The notes under the pieces: model-generated
Told to the model about the DNA's origin: nothing
Seen by the model: only the letters and a program-made list of their open reading frames with translations
Databases searched by the model: none
Shown: positions 37,800 to 48,714 of the stretch, piece by piece
How positions within the stretch are numbered: the first letter of the stretch is position 1
Layout: each line of letters starts with the position of its first letter
Translations under genes and position numbers: made by a program
DNA from: an uncultured Alphaproteobacteria bacterium
GTDB taxonomy: Bacteria > Pseudomonadota > Alphaproteobacteria > HIMB59 > GCA-002718135
Length of the DNA: 64,000 nt
Direction of reading: 5' to 3'
Assembly (NCBI GenBank): GCA_902525035.1
Contig: CABZFN010000006.1
Span: forward strand, 6,538 to 70,537

Positions 37800-39071
37800 T
37801 TACTCAATAGCTTCAGTCATTATTTCCATACCTTCACTAACTGCATCTTTTGCACTTTTGTCATCGATTAAAGTTAATTGAAGAGTTTGAGCTAATAAAT
37901 TCTGAGCTGAGATTGATGATATACTTGTAAAAGTATTACCATTCGTAAAACCAAACAGACTTCCTCTTGTTGAGTTGTCTAACATTGTTTCTACTTGCGA
38001 TTTATATTTTACAACAACCGGATCATCCCAATAAGTTGAATCTTTACTTCCAGCTTCAGTTATTGGTAAAAATAATCCAGGCTCCATGTTAATAAATCTT
38101 CCATAGTTTCCAGGTTCCATTAAAAAACTTAAAAACTTTTTAGATGCTTCCATTTTTGCTTCATCATCTGTCATAATCATTGCAGAATTAACATATGAAA
38201 CAGTTCCTGCCCTATGAGCTTTCCCGTTAGCATAAGGTATCTGTATAACGCCTAAATCACTAGCATCACCACCAGCTTGTGAGTCATATGTAGAGATAAC
38301 TGTAAACTGTAATATCATTGCACAGCCTTTACTTGCAAAGCAAGCTTCAGCTTCACCCCAAGTCCAATTTGCTGCATCGGGAGCTGAATATTGATATAAT
38401 TCTTTATAGACATCATATGCTGCTACAGTTTGAGGATTATCAAATCTTAAAGTGCCATCAGAATTATAAATTTCTTCTGCACCTGAATTAACCATGAAAC
38501 TGTAGATTGTTTGATCAGTATAAAGTTGTTTGTTACCAGGAAGACCTATTCCATAAACACCATCTTTAGTTAAAGCTTTAGCAGCTTTTTTAAGGTCGGA
38601 CCAAGTTTTTGGAGGTTCAATTCCAGCTGCTTCAAAATCACTTTTTCTATACCATAGTGAGAGTGCCATATTCCAAAGTGGTACAGCATAGGTGTGTCCA
38701 TTATATGTATATTGATCAAGTGCTTTTTGATAGAAGCCATACTTTGAATCAAGTTCAGCAACAAAATCCTCTACAGGTTGTGCCGCGCCCATTTCTGCTA
38801 GAATTGGAGTGAAATCAGGTATACCTACCAGTAATTCTGGTGCAGTCCCTGCAGCAACAGAAGCTGGAGCTTTTGCATAAATCTCCCCCCAGTTTTGGAC
38901 TTCTTGTGTAACATTTATGTCAGGATTTGCTGCATTAAATTCATCTATTAATGTTTGAATTCTATCAACTCTATGGGGAACACCTTCCATATGCCAAAAA
39001 GTAACATTAGTTACTGCAAAGGCATTAAATGAGAATAGAATTGAGATAAAAAAAAGTAATAATTTATTCAT
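37800..39071 (-). CDS. Sugar ABC transporter substrate-binding protein
   Basis: Signal peptide; FNAANPDINV, YAVP, YRKSDFEAAGIEPPKTW. Confidence 0.93.
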   Translation of the reverse strand: MNKLLLFFISILFSFNAFAVTNVTFWHMEGVPHRVDRIQTLIDEFNAANPDINVTQEVQNWGEIYAKAPASVAAGTAPELLVGIPDFTPILAEMGAAQPVEDFVAELDSKYGFYQKALDQYTYNGHTYAVPLWNMALSLWYRKSDFEAAGIEPPKTWSDLKKAAKALTKDGVYGIGLPGNKQLYTDQTIYSFMVNSGAEEIYNSDGTLRFDNPQTVAAYDVYKELYQYSAPDAANWTWGEAEACFASKGCAMILQFTVISTYDSQAGGDASDLGVIQIPYANGKAHRAGTVSYVNSAMIMTDDEAKMEASKKFLSFLMEPGNYGRFINMEPGLFLPITEAGSKDSTYWDDPVVVKYKSQVETMLDNSTRGSLFGFTNGNTFTSISSISAQNLLAQTLQLTLIDDKSAKDAVSEGMEIMTEAIE

Positions 39072-39142
39072 TTTTCCTCGCTTAATTTTTAATTTGTATC
39101 TTAATATTAATATTACAATTTTATCAACTATATTTCAGAATT

Positions 39143-40630
39143 CTACCAAATATTATTTAATGATTCTCTTAATTTTTTATATTTTTGAAATTTATTATTT
39201 AAATATTTAGAATGTTTTTTGTTAGGTGTGTAAACATGACCAATTTTTTGGTGAGCATTTATTAAATTTTTTAAATTTTTTTTATTTAAATAACTATCTA
39301 TTAAAAAAGAAATACCTAATGCTCCAAGTTCAGAATTAATTAGTATTTTTACTTTAACATTTAAAGCATTTGAAATTAATTGTGGCAAAACTTTACTTTT
39401 CGATGCTCCACCAGCGAGATAGAGATAATCTTTTTTACTAATTTTATTACCATAACAATCCTTTATAGATAATGCCAATCCTTCATAACATGAAGTCATA
39501 ATATCAAAATTAATATGATGGGGTAAAATTCCAAATATCTCAGCTTTAGAATTTAAATTTACAAATGGCGATATTGATCCACCATAATTTAAATATGGTA
39601 AAAAAATTAATGAATTTTCATTATTATCATTTTTTAAATATTTATTTTCAAAATTATTAATTATTTTAATTTTATCAGAATAATTTTTTGATTTCTTATA
39701 AAAATTATCAATGACCCAATCAATATTGGTTGTTCCTGCAACATTTATTTTAGTCTCTAACCATGTATTGTTTATAGAAGCAAAAAATAAACCCGAATTA
39801 TCTTTTGATATTTTTGAATTATTTTTTACAATAATATTATGGCATGTAGTTCCAATAATACTAATTTTTTTATTATGATTAATCCCTCCTGCTCCAAGAG
39901 TTGAAGCAATTACATCTCCACAACCTATAATGACTGGCGTACCCTCTTTCAAGTTTGTTAGTTTAGCAGCTTTTCTAGTGATATGTCCGGCTAAATCGTT
40001 TGATTTTTTTACTTCGGGGAATAATTTAAAATACTTGGTGTCTAAATTAAAAATTTTAAAAATTTTGTGCGATAATTTTTTATTTTTTATATCTCCTGGA
40101 AAAACTGCAACTTCAGTTTCATCATTAAAAATTTTATTAGTTAAATTATATCTCAACCAATCTTTACATGTTAAAATATATTTAATTTTATTTAAATTAT
40201 TTTTTTCAAATACAGATATCCATTTTAAAATTGGTATTGTGCAGCCAAATTGCACGATAGAACCAGTAAGATTGTAAACTTCATCAAAAATTTTATTATT
40301 TTTAAAAATTTTCTGACTTCTTGTGTCATTCCACAAAATAGCCTTTCTTACTGATTTGTTATTTTGATCAATTGACCAAAAACCAACCATATTTCCAGTT
40401 ATACCTATGCCTATTACTGATTGTGATTTAACTTTAGACTTATTTATTATAGTTTTTATACATTTTGTAGTTAGTAACCAAAAATCATTCATATCAACTT
40501 CAGAATTACCATTTTCATCAATGATGACAGGATTTTTAATACTGTATGAAAATACCTCTTTGAAATTTGTATTAAAAAGAACAGATTTAATTACAGAAGT
40601 ACCAGCATCGATTGTAAGATAATATTTCAA
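39143..40630 (-). CDS. FGGY-family carbohydrate kinase (xylulokinase/erythritol kinase-like)
   Basis: IDAGTSVIK, AILWNDTR, CKDW, IIGTT, FLPYL, AGGASKS; TTG start. Confidence 0.88.
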   Translation of the reverse strand: MKYYLTIDAGTSVIKSVLFNTNFKEVFSYSIKNPVIIDENGNSEVDMNDFWLLTTKCIKTIINKSKVKSQSVIGIGITGNMVGFWSIDQNNKSVRKAILWNDTRSQKIFKNNKIFDEVYNLTGSIVQFGCTIPILKWISVFEKNNLNKIKYILTCKDWLRYNLTNKIFNDETEVAVFPGDIKNKKLSHKIFKIFNLDTKYFKLFPEVKKSNDLAGHITRKAAKLTNLKEGTPVIIGCGDVIASTLGAGGINHNKKISIIGTTCHNIIVKNNSKISKDNSGLFFASINNTWLETKINVAGTTNIDWVIDNFYKKSKNYSDKIKIINNFENKYLKNDNNENSLIFLPYLNYGGSISPFVNLNSKAEIFGILPHHINFDIMTSCYEGLALSIKDCYGNKISKKDYLYLAGGASKSKVLPQLISNALNVKVKILINSELGALGISFLIDSYLNKKNLKNLINAHQKIGHVYTPNKKHSKYLNNKFQKYKKLRESLNNIW

Positions 40631-40646
40631 TTGATGTAACTAAATT

Positions 40647-40823
40647 TTAAAACCATGATATTCCTAAGCAGACTAAAGCAATTATTAGAAAAATATTCAT
40701 AATCCATTTTAATATTTTCTTTCTATTACTATGAATTTCATTTTTTGAAATATAGTAAAAAAAACAACCAATAATAAATGATATTATTCCTATAATATAT
40801 ATTATCCATTGAAAACTAGTCAT
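40647..40823 (-). CDS. Small two-TM protein, 58 aa (missing from ORF track)
   Basis: MTSFQWIIYIIGIISFIIGCFFYYISK...KWIMNIFLIIALVCLGISWF. Confidence 0.55.
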   Translation of the reverse strand: MTSFQWIIYIIGIISFIIGCFFYYISKNEIHSNRKKILKWIMNIFLIIALVCLGISWF

Positions 40824-40919
40824 TAAAACTAAATTATATATTATTTAAGAGTAAAATTTAACTAATATGAATTAGTATAGCAACAATTCTAATTAATAAT
40901 TTATTACATAAAATTATAA

Positions 40920-42695
40920 ATGAAAAAAAATTCAACTTTCTTTAATACTTCAAAATTATTACTCCCTTATTTATGGCCAAAAAATAGAAAAGATCTAAGA
41001 ACAAGAGTGATTTTAGCTGGGTTGAGCATGATATTAGCAAAAGTAGCTAGCGTTTACACCCCGTTAATTCTGGGAAATGCCGTTGATTCACTTAATGATT
41101 TAAGTAGTGGTATAAATTTATTATTATATGTTCCAATTGCCATTATCATTTCATATGGTGTGGTAAGAATAGCATCATTTGCTTTTAATGAAATAAGAGA
41201 TGCTCTATTTTCTAAAGTTTCACAAAACGCAATTAGAAGAGTAAGTTTAAAAGTGTTTAAACATTTACACTTTTTATCTTTAGATTTTCATCTATCAAGA
41301 CAAACAGGTGGGCTTAACAGATTTATTGATAGAGGAACAAAAGGAATAGACTTTTTATTACGTTACGTGTTGTTTAATGTTGTTCCAACATTTATTGAGC
41401 TAGTTCTTGTAATATTTATTTTACTTACTTTATATGGATTTGAATACGCAATTATTACTTTTATAACTATTTCTACCTACGTTATTTTAACATTTACAAT
41501 TACACAATGGAGATTGCAATTTAGAAAAGATATGAATTCAGCAGATAATGCAGCAAGCACTAAAATGATTGATAGTCTTCTAAATTTTGAAACTGTTAAA
41601 TATTTTAATAATGAAAATCATGAATTTAAAAGATTGGATGAATCCTTAGAAAAATATGAAATTGCAGCTAATAAGAATAGAACATCTTTATCTCTTTTAA
41701 ATATCAGTCAAACATTTGTAATAATGATTGGAATAACACTTATGCTAGTCTTAACAGTGTTTGGAATTCAGAATAAATCTATAACAGTTGGTGGTTTTGT
41801 TGTTATAAATGCGTATATGCTTCAACTTTATCAACCATTAAATTTTCTAGGTACAATTTACCGCGAAATAAGGCAATCATTAGTTGATATGGAAAATATG
41901 TTCAATCTTTTAAAGGAAAAAAATGATATTGTTGATAGTGGAACCGATAATTTAAAAAATAATAATGCAGAAATAGTTTTTAAAAATATCTTTTTTGGAT
42001 ATGAAAATAAAAGAACAATCATTAAAAATATTTCATTCAGTATACCAGAAGGTAAATCTTTAGCGATAGTTGGACCAACTGGTGCAGGAAAGTCAACAAT
42101 AAGTAAATTATTGTTTCGTTTTTATGATCCAGATAGTGGAGAAATATTAATTAATAAGAAGAATATTAAAAAATATAAACAAAATTCATTAAGACAAATG
42201 ATAGGTGTAGTCCCCCAGGATACAGTTTTATTCAATGACTCAATTTTTTATAACATTTCTTATGGTTTAATAGAATCAAGTGAAGAAGAAGTAATAAATG
42301 CAGCAAAAATAGCTGGTATTCATGATTTTATTCAGAGTATTCCAAACAAATACAATACAATTGTAGGTGAGAGAGGACTTAAATTATCTGGAGGAGAAAA
42401 ACAAAGAGTTGCTATAGCAAGAGCTGTTTTAAAAAATCCATCAATTCTCTTTTTTGATGAAGCAACATCAGCTTTAGATACTAATACAGAGAAGGAAATA
42501 AATAAAAATTTAAACAAAATATCTCAAGGTAAAACTACGTTAATTATAGCTCATAGACTCTCTACTGTGTCAAATGCAGATAAAATAATTGTAATAGATA
42601 AAGGAAATATTGTTGAAGAAGGAGATCATTCAAGCCTACTTAATAAAAATGGATTATACGCATTAATGTGGAATAAACAAAAACATGAGAATTAA
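40920..42695 (+). CDS. Atm1/HMT-type ABC exporter (fused permease and ATPase)
   Basis: FHLSRQTGGL, DSLLNFETVKYF, GPTGAGKST, LSGGEKQR, DEATSALD. Confidence 0.93.
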   Translation: MKKNSTFFNTSKLLLPYLWPKNRKDLRTRVILAGLSMILAKVASVYTPLILGNAVDSLNDLSSGINLLLYVPIAIIISYGVVRIASFAFNEIRDALFSKVSQNAIRRVSLKVFKHLHFLSLDFHLSRQTGGLNRFIDRGTKGIDFLLRYVLFNVVPTFIELVLVIFILLTLYGFEYAIITFITISTYVILTFTITQWRLQFRKDMNSADNAASTKMIDSLLNFETVKYFNNENHEFKRLDESLEKYEIAANKNRTSLSLLNISQTFVIMIGITLMLVLTVFGIQNKSITVGGFVVINAYMLQLYQPLNFLGTIYREIRQSLVDMENMFNLLKEKNDIVDSGTDNLKNNNAEIVFKNIFFGYENKRTIIKNISFSIPEGKSLAIVGPTGAGKSTISKLLFRFYDPDSGEILINKKNIKKYKQNSLRQMIGVVPQDTVLFNDSIFYNISYGLIESSEEEVINAAKIAGIHDFIQSIPNKYNTIVGERGLKLSGGEKQRVAIARAVLKNPSILFFDEATSALDTNTEKEINKNLNKISQGKTTLIIAHRLSTVSNADKIIVIDKGNIVEEGDHSSLLNKNGLYALMWNKQKHEN

Positions 42696-42770
42696 TAAAT
42701 AATTTTTTTATTATCTTTAATTTTTAAATAATTACTTGATGTAAAAGCTAAATATACTTAAAAAGTATTA

Positions 42771-43799
42771 ATGGCCTATAAAGCAAATAAAAAAAGATAT
42801 GAAAAACTTGAGTACAGAAGATGTGGAAATAGTGGTTTACTTTTACCTCCTATTACACTGGGTCTTTGGCATAACTTTGGTGGTAAAAAAACTATGTCGA
42901 AAGAAGCAAAGCAGATGCTTTATAAAGCATTTGATCGAGGTATAACTCATTTTGATTTAGCAAATAATTATGGTCCACCAGCAGGATCAGCAGAAGAAAA
43001 TTTTGGCAAAGTCATGAACTCTGATTTTAAAAAATATAGAGACGAAATGATAATATCAAGTAAGGCAGGCTATCATATGTGGGATGGTCCATATGGTGAA
43101 TGGGGCTCAAAAAAATACTTAACTGCTAGCCTTGATCAAAGTTTAAAAAGAATGAAGCTAGAATATGTAGATATATTTTATTCTCATCGTTTTGATCCAT
43201 TAACACCATTAGAAGAGACAGCAGATGCATTATCTCAATCAATTACAAGCGGCAAGGCGTTGTACGTAGGAATTTCATCATATAGTTCAAAACAAACAAT
43301 AAAAATGAATAAACTATTAAAAGAAAGGGGAGTTAGTTGTTTAATTCATCAACCATCCTATTCAATGATTAATAGATGGGTGGAAAAAGATTTATTATCT
43401 ACATTAAAAAAATTAGGTATAGGTTGTATTGCATTCTCTCCTCTTGCTCAAGGAATGTTATCGGCAAAATATTTAAAAAAAATACCAAAAGTATCAAGGA
43501 TTTCAGATAATTCATCACTTGATAAAAAAATGATTACAAAAAGTTATTTATTTAAAATTAAAAAGTTAACAAAAATTGCAAATAATAGAGGGCAATCTTT
43601 ACCTCAAATGGCTCTTTCATGGATACTTCGTCATCAAACCATAACATCCGCTCTAATTGGTGCGAGAACAGTTAAGCAATTAGATGAGTGTTTAGATAGT
43701 CAAAATAATCTAGTTTTTAGTAATTCAGAATTAAAAGAAATAGATAAATATGCAAAAGAAGAAAATATAAATCTTTGGTCTAGATCAAGTAAAGATTAA
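42771..43799 (+). CDS. Aldo/keto reductase (YghZ/Gpr-like)
   Basis: LGLWHNFG, THFDLANNYGPP.GSAE, YSHR.D, IHQPSYSM. Confidence 0.92.
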   Translation: MAYKANKKRYEKLEYRRCGNSGLLLPPITLGLWHNFGGKKTMSKEAKQMLYKAFDRGITHFDLANNYGPPAGSAEENFGKVMNSDFKKYRDEMIISSKAGYHMWDGPYGEWGSKKYLTASLDQSLKRMKLEYVDIFYSHRFDPLTPLEETADALSQSITSGKALYVGISSYSSKQTIKMNKLLKERGVSCLIHQPSYSMINRWVEKDLLSTLKKLGIGCIAFSPLAQGMLSAKYLKKIPKVSRISDNSSLDKKMITKSYLFKIKKLTKIANNRGQSLPQMALSWILRHQTITSALIGARTVKQLDECLDSQNNLVFSNSELKEIDKYAKEENINLWSRSSKD

Positions 43800-43842
43800 T
43801 TTTTTAATTGTAAAATAATAATTTTGAAATAAATAATAATTA

Positions 43843-45348
43843 GTGAACATTTTAAGGTATTTATTTCCAGTTTTATTAATCTTTCTTTTATTAAACTTTT
43901 TTTTTGATTTAAAATTTATCAATCATCAAACTAACAATCAAATAAAAAACTTTGTTTATAATTATATTCTTCCTCACAAACATGCGGTCTATTTGGAAAA
44001 AGAAAATAAAGAATTAAGAAAAGAACGTAACCAAATTGATAAAAGAAGAATTTTATATGAGGAAGCTTTTCAAGATTTAATGGAAGATAGGCCCTACCTT
44101 GAATATAACAGTCTTTTACTAGAAAAATTATTATCACAATTTGATCCTTATGAATTTGATATTAGTTTGATAAATAATTCTAGCAATCTTGAATATAGTT
44201 ATAATTCAGAACATAGCTTTTCAAATAACACTATTGATGTAAATATTTTTGGTCCAACATCAAATATATTTATGTATGGCATAGCAAATCAATATCCAGG
44301 AAGTGGATATTTAGAAACCCATAATGATAATTTAATTATTATTTCAGCAAGTGGGATTTTAGGATTTTCAAATATTAAAATAAATAATATTAAGAGTGAT
44401 CTTTTTTTTCAACAAATTAAAACAAATATCAGCGAATTTATTGGCATAGAGCAATTTAAAAAATCCCGGATTCATGATTTTGATTGGTTAGAAGGAGGAT
44501 GGTTTTCTGTAAAAGATATTGAAATTCACAATGATGAAATTTATGTTTCTTATACAAGAGAAGTTTCTAATAATTGTTGGAATACAAGTTTAATTTATGG
44601 AAAAATGAATTATCAATTTATTGAATTTGATAATTTTTTTACTTCTGAAGAGTGCGTACATTTTTATGATAATATTGATGAAGAATTTAATGCTCATCAA
44701 TCAGGTGGTAGAGTAATCAGTTTAGAAAATGATAAAGTATATTTTTCTACTGGTGATTTTAGAAGCAGGCACCGAACTCAAAAAATAGATAGTATGTTTG
44801 GTAAAGTTATTGAGATCGATAAAGTTTCTAAAAATTATAAAGTAATAAGTATGGGTCATAGAAACCCTCAAGGTTTATATTATAATAAAGAAGATAATTT
44901 TTTAATAGAAGCTGAGCACGGACCTCAAGGTGGGGACGAAATAAATATAATTAAACTAAATCAAAAAGAAATCCCAAATTATGGATGGGCAATTTCTAGC
45001 TATGGAGAACATTATGGTGGAGCGAATGCTTCATATAATCAGAAAACATATGAAAAATATCCACTTTACAAATCTCATTCTGATTATGGTTTTATTGAAC
45101 CAATTAAATATTTTGTTCCTTCAATTGGTATTTCACAGATTGTAGGTTTAGATAAAAAAAACCATTATGTTGTTGCCTCATTAAAAGATAGTTCACTTTA
45201 TTTTTTTGAACTAAAGGATAATAAAGAAGTAATAAATATGAAAAGAATTGAAATAGGTGAGAGAATTAGAGATATGATAAAGTATAACAATGAATTATAT
45301 TTATTTTTAGAAGATACAGCATCATTTGCACAAGTAATTTTAAAATAA
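43843..45348 (+). CDS. PQQ-dependent glucose/sorbosone dehydrogenase family protein
   Basis: QSGGR, GHRNPQGL, EHGPQGGDEIN, NYGW, ERIRD. Confidence 0.85.
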   Translation: MNILRYLFPVLLIFLLLNFFFDLKFINHQTNNQIKNFVYNYILPHKHAVYLEKENKELRKERNQIDKRRILYEEAFQDLMEDRPYLEYNSLLLEKLLSQFDPYEFDISLINNSSNLEYSYNSEHSFSNNTIDVNIFGPTSNIFMYGIANQYPGSGYLETHNDNLIIISASGILGFSNIKINNIKSDLFFQQIKTNISEFIGIEQFKKSRIHDFDWLEGGWFSVKDIEIHNDEIYVSYTREVSNNCWNTSLIYGKMNYQFIEFDNFFTSEECVHFYDNIDEEFNAHQSGGRVISLENDKVYFSTGDFRSRHRTQKIDSMFGKVIEIDKVSKNYKVISMGHRNPQGLYYNKEDNFLIEAEHGPQGGDEINIIKLNQKEIPNYGWAISSYGEHYGGANASYNQKTYEKYPLYKSHSDYGFIEPIKYFVPSIGISQIVGLDKKNHYVVASLKDSSLYFFELKDNKEVINMKRIEIGERIRDMIKYNNELYLFLEDTASFAQVILK

Positions 45349-45351
45349 TTT

Positions 45352-46314
45352 GTGTTAAAAATAAAAGATAAGTGGGTTTGGGATTTCTGGTTAGCAAATG
45401 ATGATAACAAATGGTACTGTTATTTTTTACAAGCAGATAAATCATTAAAAGATCCAGATTTACGACATAATAATGTTACTCAAGGTCTTGCTACCTCGAA
45501 AGATTTAATCAACTGGGATTATTATGGAACAGTTTTATCACCTTCAAAAAAAGAAAATTTTGATGATTACACAGTGTGGACAGGATCAATATTAAAAGAA
45601 AATCCTAAATGGCATTACTTCTATACTGGAAGAAATAAAAATGAAAAAGGTGTTAAGCAAAGAATAGGTCATGCAGTAGGCAATTCTCCCTACTCTTTTG
45701 AAAGATGTGGTAATGGGTTAGCTTTAGATTTAGATCCAAATATTTACTTGGAATTTACTGAAAATGGGTTTTGGAAAGATCAAGCTATGAGAGATCCGTG
45801 GGTAATGAAACATCCTAAAGAAAATAAATATATTATGGCCTATACAGCAAGAGCATCAATAGATGATGATCCTTACCAATGTGGAGTTATAGGGATGGCA
45901 GAATCTACTAATCTTTATGATTGGAAATCAACCAAACCACTTTTTGGAGGATTATTTAGTCAACTTGAAGTACCTCAAATATTACAAATAAATAATAAAT
46001 GGTATTGTTTATTTTGTAATCACCCTGAAGATTGGTCAGATAAATTTAAACAAAATTATAATGGCCCTATTAGACGAGGTACGCATTATTTAATATCAGA
46101 TAACTTTGATGGACCATGGGAAATTGCTCCAGGATCTTTTTTAACTTCAGAAGCCGAAGTAGAATTATATGCTGGAAGAATTTTACAAATAGAAAAAGAT
46201 TATTTTTTTATGGCTTTTTTACATGATGATAAAGATGGAAATTTTATTGGTAAGATCTCAAATCCTATATCTTTGTCTTTTAATTCTGATGGAATTATGA
46301 GTTTAAATATTTAA
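45352..46314 (+). CDS. Clan GH-J glycoside hydrolase (GH32/GH68 invertase/levansucrase-like)
   Basis: WVWDFW, WTGS, RDP, QLEVPQ. Confidence 0.85.
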   Translation: MLKIKDKWVWDFWLANDDNKWYCYFLQADKSLKDPDLRHNNVTQGLATSKDLINWDYYGTVLSPSKKENFDDYTVWTGSILKENPKWHYFYTGRNKNEKGVKQRIGHAVGNSPYSFERCGNGLALDLDPNIYLEFTENGFWKDQAMRDPWVMKHPKENKYIMAYTARASIDDDPYQCGVIGMAESTNLYDWKSTKPLFGGLFSQLEVPQILQINNKWYCLFCNHPEDWSDKFKQNYNGPIRRGTHYLISDNFDGPWEIAPGSFLTSEAEVELYAGRILQIEKDYFFMAFLHDDKDGNFIGKISNPISLSFNSDGIMSLNI

Positions 46315-47165
46315 ATATAATTTTTCCAAGAATACTCAGGTTTAAAACCTAAAATATTTTTTGCTTTTTCATTACTCAAGAGTGTTTTATTTTTTCCAAT
46401 ATCTCCTTTAATATTAATTTTTGGAAATACTTTATCTAAAAGTGATTTATTATCTTCTTCCATAACTGTATCATCAGCTGCTATAATAAAATGATCTGCA
46501 CCTTTTAATTTGCTTTCCATAGCTAATAAACAAGCTTGTGCAACATCTCTAGCATCAATATAGCCCCAAAAGTTCCATTTTCGTAAAAAAGGATTATTTT
46601 GAAATGATTTAAATTGTTTGTAATCATGTTCTTCCATTATATTGGAATAGCGAAGTCCAAATATTTTCATCTCTGGATTTCTCCTACAATATTGCCTAGC
46701 CATTTCTTCACCCATCACTTTAGAAAGTGAATAGCTTGACTCTGGTCGTGGATCATAGTTTTCATCAACAGGTACATAAGGCGGATAAGTATCAAATGGT
46801 AAACCTAAAACTGTTTCACTTGATGCCCATACAATATTATTTATTTTCATAACTTTTGAAGCTTGGAAAATATTATAAGTGCTAAGAGTATTAGCCTTAA
46901 AAGTTTTATGATTTGCTTCCAAACCGGAAGCAGGAATAGCTGCTTGATGAATTACCGCATCTATACCATTTATACGGTCATCAATTTCAGAAACTACTTC
47001 CATAGCATCACCAAAATCCTCTAAATCAACCTTTGTAAAGGGAATATCCAATTCAGGGTTATTTACAAAATCAACATTAAATACATTATAATTTTTTTCT
47101 AAAAGTAATTTAATTGTTGCTCTACCAGCTTTACCTGAGCCACCTGTTACTAATATATTTTTCAT
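46311..47165 (-). CDS. NAD-dependent epimerase/dehydratase
   Basis: VTGGSGKAG, ASSE, YSLSK. Confidence 0.9.
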   Translation of the reverse strand: MKNILVTGGSGKAGRATIKLLLEKNYNVFNVDFVNNPELDIPFTKVDLEDFGDAMEVVSEIDDRINGIDAVIHQAAIPASGLEANHKTFKANTLSTYNIFQASKVMKINNIVWASSETVLGLPFDTYPPYVPVDENYDPRPESSYSLSKVMGEEMARQYCRRNPEMKIFGLRYSNIMEEHDYKQFKSFQNNPFLRKWNFWGYIDARDVAQACLLAMESKLKGADHFIIAADDTVMEEDNKSLLDKVFPKINIKGDIGKNKTLLSNEKAKNILGFKPEYSWKNYI

Positions 47166-47235
47166 GAGCGTACTTTAATAATTATTTTTATAAGAATCAT
47201 TAGTTATTTGATAAATAGTACAAAAAGGAGATATT

Positions 47236-47661
47236 ATGGCCCAACATATACTTGAAGCTGGTGGCACCCTACCCTTTACTTTTCATGTTTTATTCATGCT
47301 TTTTATTGCTTTTGTTATTTATCAATTTTTCTTAAATAATAAATTTTATGATGAGCTTGGTTTTTCAAATGAAGAACCAAAAACAATTTTTAGAGGTGTT
47401 CTAGGTGTATTATTTTTAGCAATACTTTTGATGTCTATACTTCTAACATTTGATGTAACAGGCAATACATACGAAGAAAACCTAATTCAATACGAATTTT
47501 GGTATTCATTTTTATTGATGCTTTTTACATTTGCCACCATAAATGGAGCATTACGAGCATTTAATTTAGTCAATAATTATGGTTTTAAACCTAATATCAG
47601 AGGTTTAATATTTCCATTGGTTGGTTTAATTCTAATAGTATTAAAACTAATTACTACTTAA
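47236..47661 (+). CDS. Four-TM membrane protein
   Basis: AAGGAG RBS; hydrophobic segments. Confidence 0.7.
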   Translation: MAQHILEAGGTLPFTFHVLFMLFIAFVIYQFFLNNKFYDELGFSNEEPKTIFRGVLGVLFLAILLMSILLTFDVTGNTYEENLIQYEFWYSFLLMLFTFATINGALRAFNLVNNYGFKPNIRGLIFPLVGLILIVLKLITT

Positions 47662-47676
47662 AAATTTTAATTTTAG

Positions 47677-47705
47677 AAAAAGGCGATTTATTTAAATCGC
47701 CTTTT
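47677..47705. terminator. Bidirectional rho-independent terminator
   Basis: AAAAGGCGATTTA-tt-TAAATCGCCTTTT between convergent genes. Confidence 0.8.
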
Positions 47706-48096
47706 AATTAAAATAACTTCTCATCTTTTTTCTTGATGCAAAATGTAAAATTAATGAAACTATAAATAAAAATAAAACAAAATAGTATTCTCTATATTCA
47801 ACTTGACTGGTGTAAAAAACAAATAAACAACAAACCGTAAATGATTTTATATAAATCTCTAAAAACTGAATAGGATATAGTTTTTCTGATTGAAAAAAAA
47901 GATATCTAAAACCAAAGTAAGCAAAAGTTAGAAAAACAGCTAATCTAACTGAAGTAATTCTATGATATGGTATTTCTTGTTTTTCAACAATAGTGAATGG
48001 AAAATAAATAGTTACACCTACAATCTCTGCAATTATAAATGCAATTGCCCATAAACTTAATAAACCAATTATAAATTTAGCTAATGTTTTTACCAT
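47704..48096 (-). CDS. Membrane protein
   Basis: 130 aa, about 4 TM. Confidence 0.7.
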   Translation of the reverse strand: MVKTLAKFIIGLLSLWAIAFIIAEIVGVTIYFPFTIVEKQEIPYHRITSVRLAVFLTFAYFGFRYLFFQSEKLYPIQFLEIYIKSFTVCCLFVFYTSQVEYREYYFVLFLFIVSLILHFASRKKMRSYFN

Positions 48097-48218
48097 AATA
48101 AAATTTATGGTCTTTTTTTTACAAGGGTTTTGACCAACCTATTTAGATATTTTAACTAAAATTTAAAAAAAAATACATAAAAATTAATTTGATTGCAGAA
48201 AAATTGAGTTATTTCTTA

Positions 48219-48617
48219 TCAAAAATTATCTTTAACTGGTGAAAAATATAAAAGAATCAAAATTGCGCCACTAATCAATCCACCAATTTGATCAAGCATG
48301 CCACTAAAAGCAGTATAAATAACAGAACCACTAAAATAATTAAGAACTATGCCAGCTACAACTAAAAACAAATATAGCGGTTTTCCATAAGATATAAATC
48401 TATAAAGTAAATTTAAAGTAAATAGATATAAAAAGAATAAACTAATAGATATTATTCGAGAAAAATTTTCAAAATTAGATAATAATCCATCATTTAAATT
48501 TTCATAAAGATTTGAAATTTCAGATGGTTGATACATAGATGATATAACCATTAAAATTATAACAATAAAGTCTGCTAAAATTAAATTTTTAAAAATTTTT
48601 TCAATTTCCATTATCAT
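48219..48617 (-). CDS. Membrane protein
   Basis: 132 aa, about 4 TM. Confidence 0.7.
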   Translation of the reverse strand: MIMEIEKIFKNLILADFIVIILMVISSMYQPSEISNLYENLNDGLLSNFENFSRIISISLFFLYLFTLNLLYRFISYGKPLYLFLVVAGIVLNYFSGSVIYTAFSGMLDQIGGLISGAILILLYFSPVKDNF

Positions 48618-48714
48618 ATAGATAAGCCAGCTAATGCATAAAATAAAGCTAAATAATGATTATAATGAAGAAATGATTTTAAAGATCAAATATAGATTTA
48701 TGTTTTATATTAAT

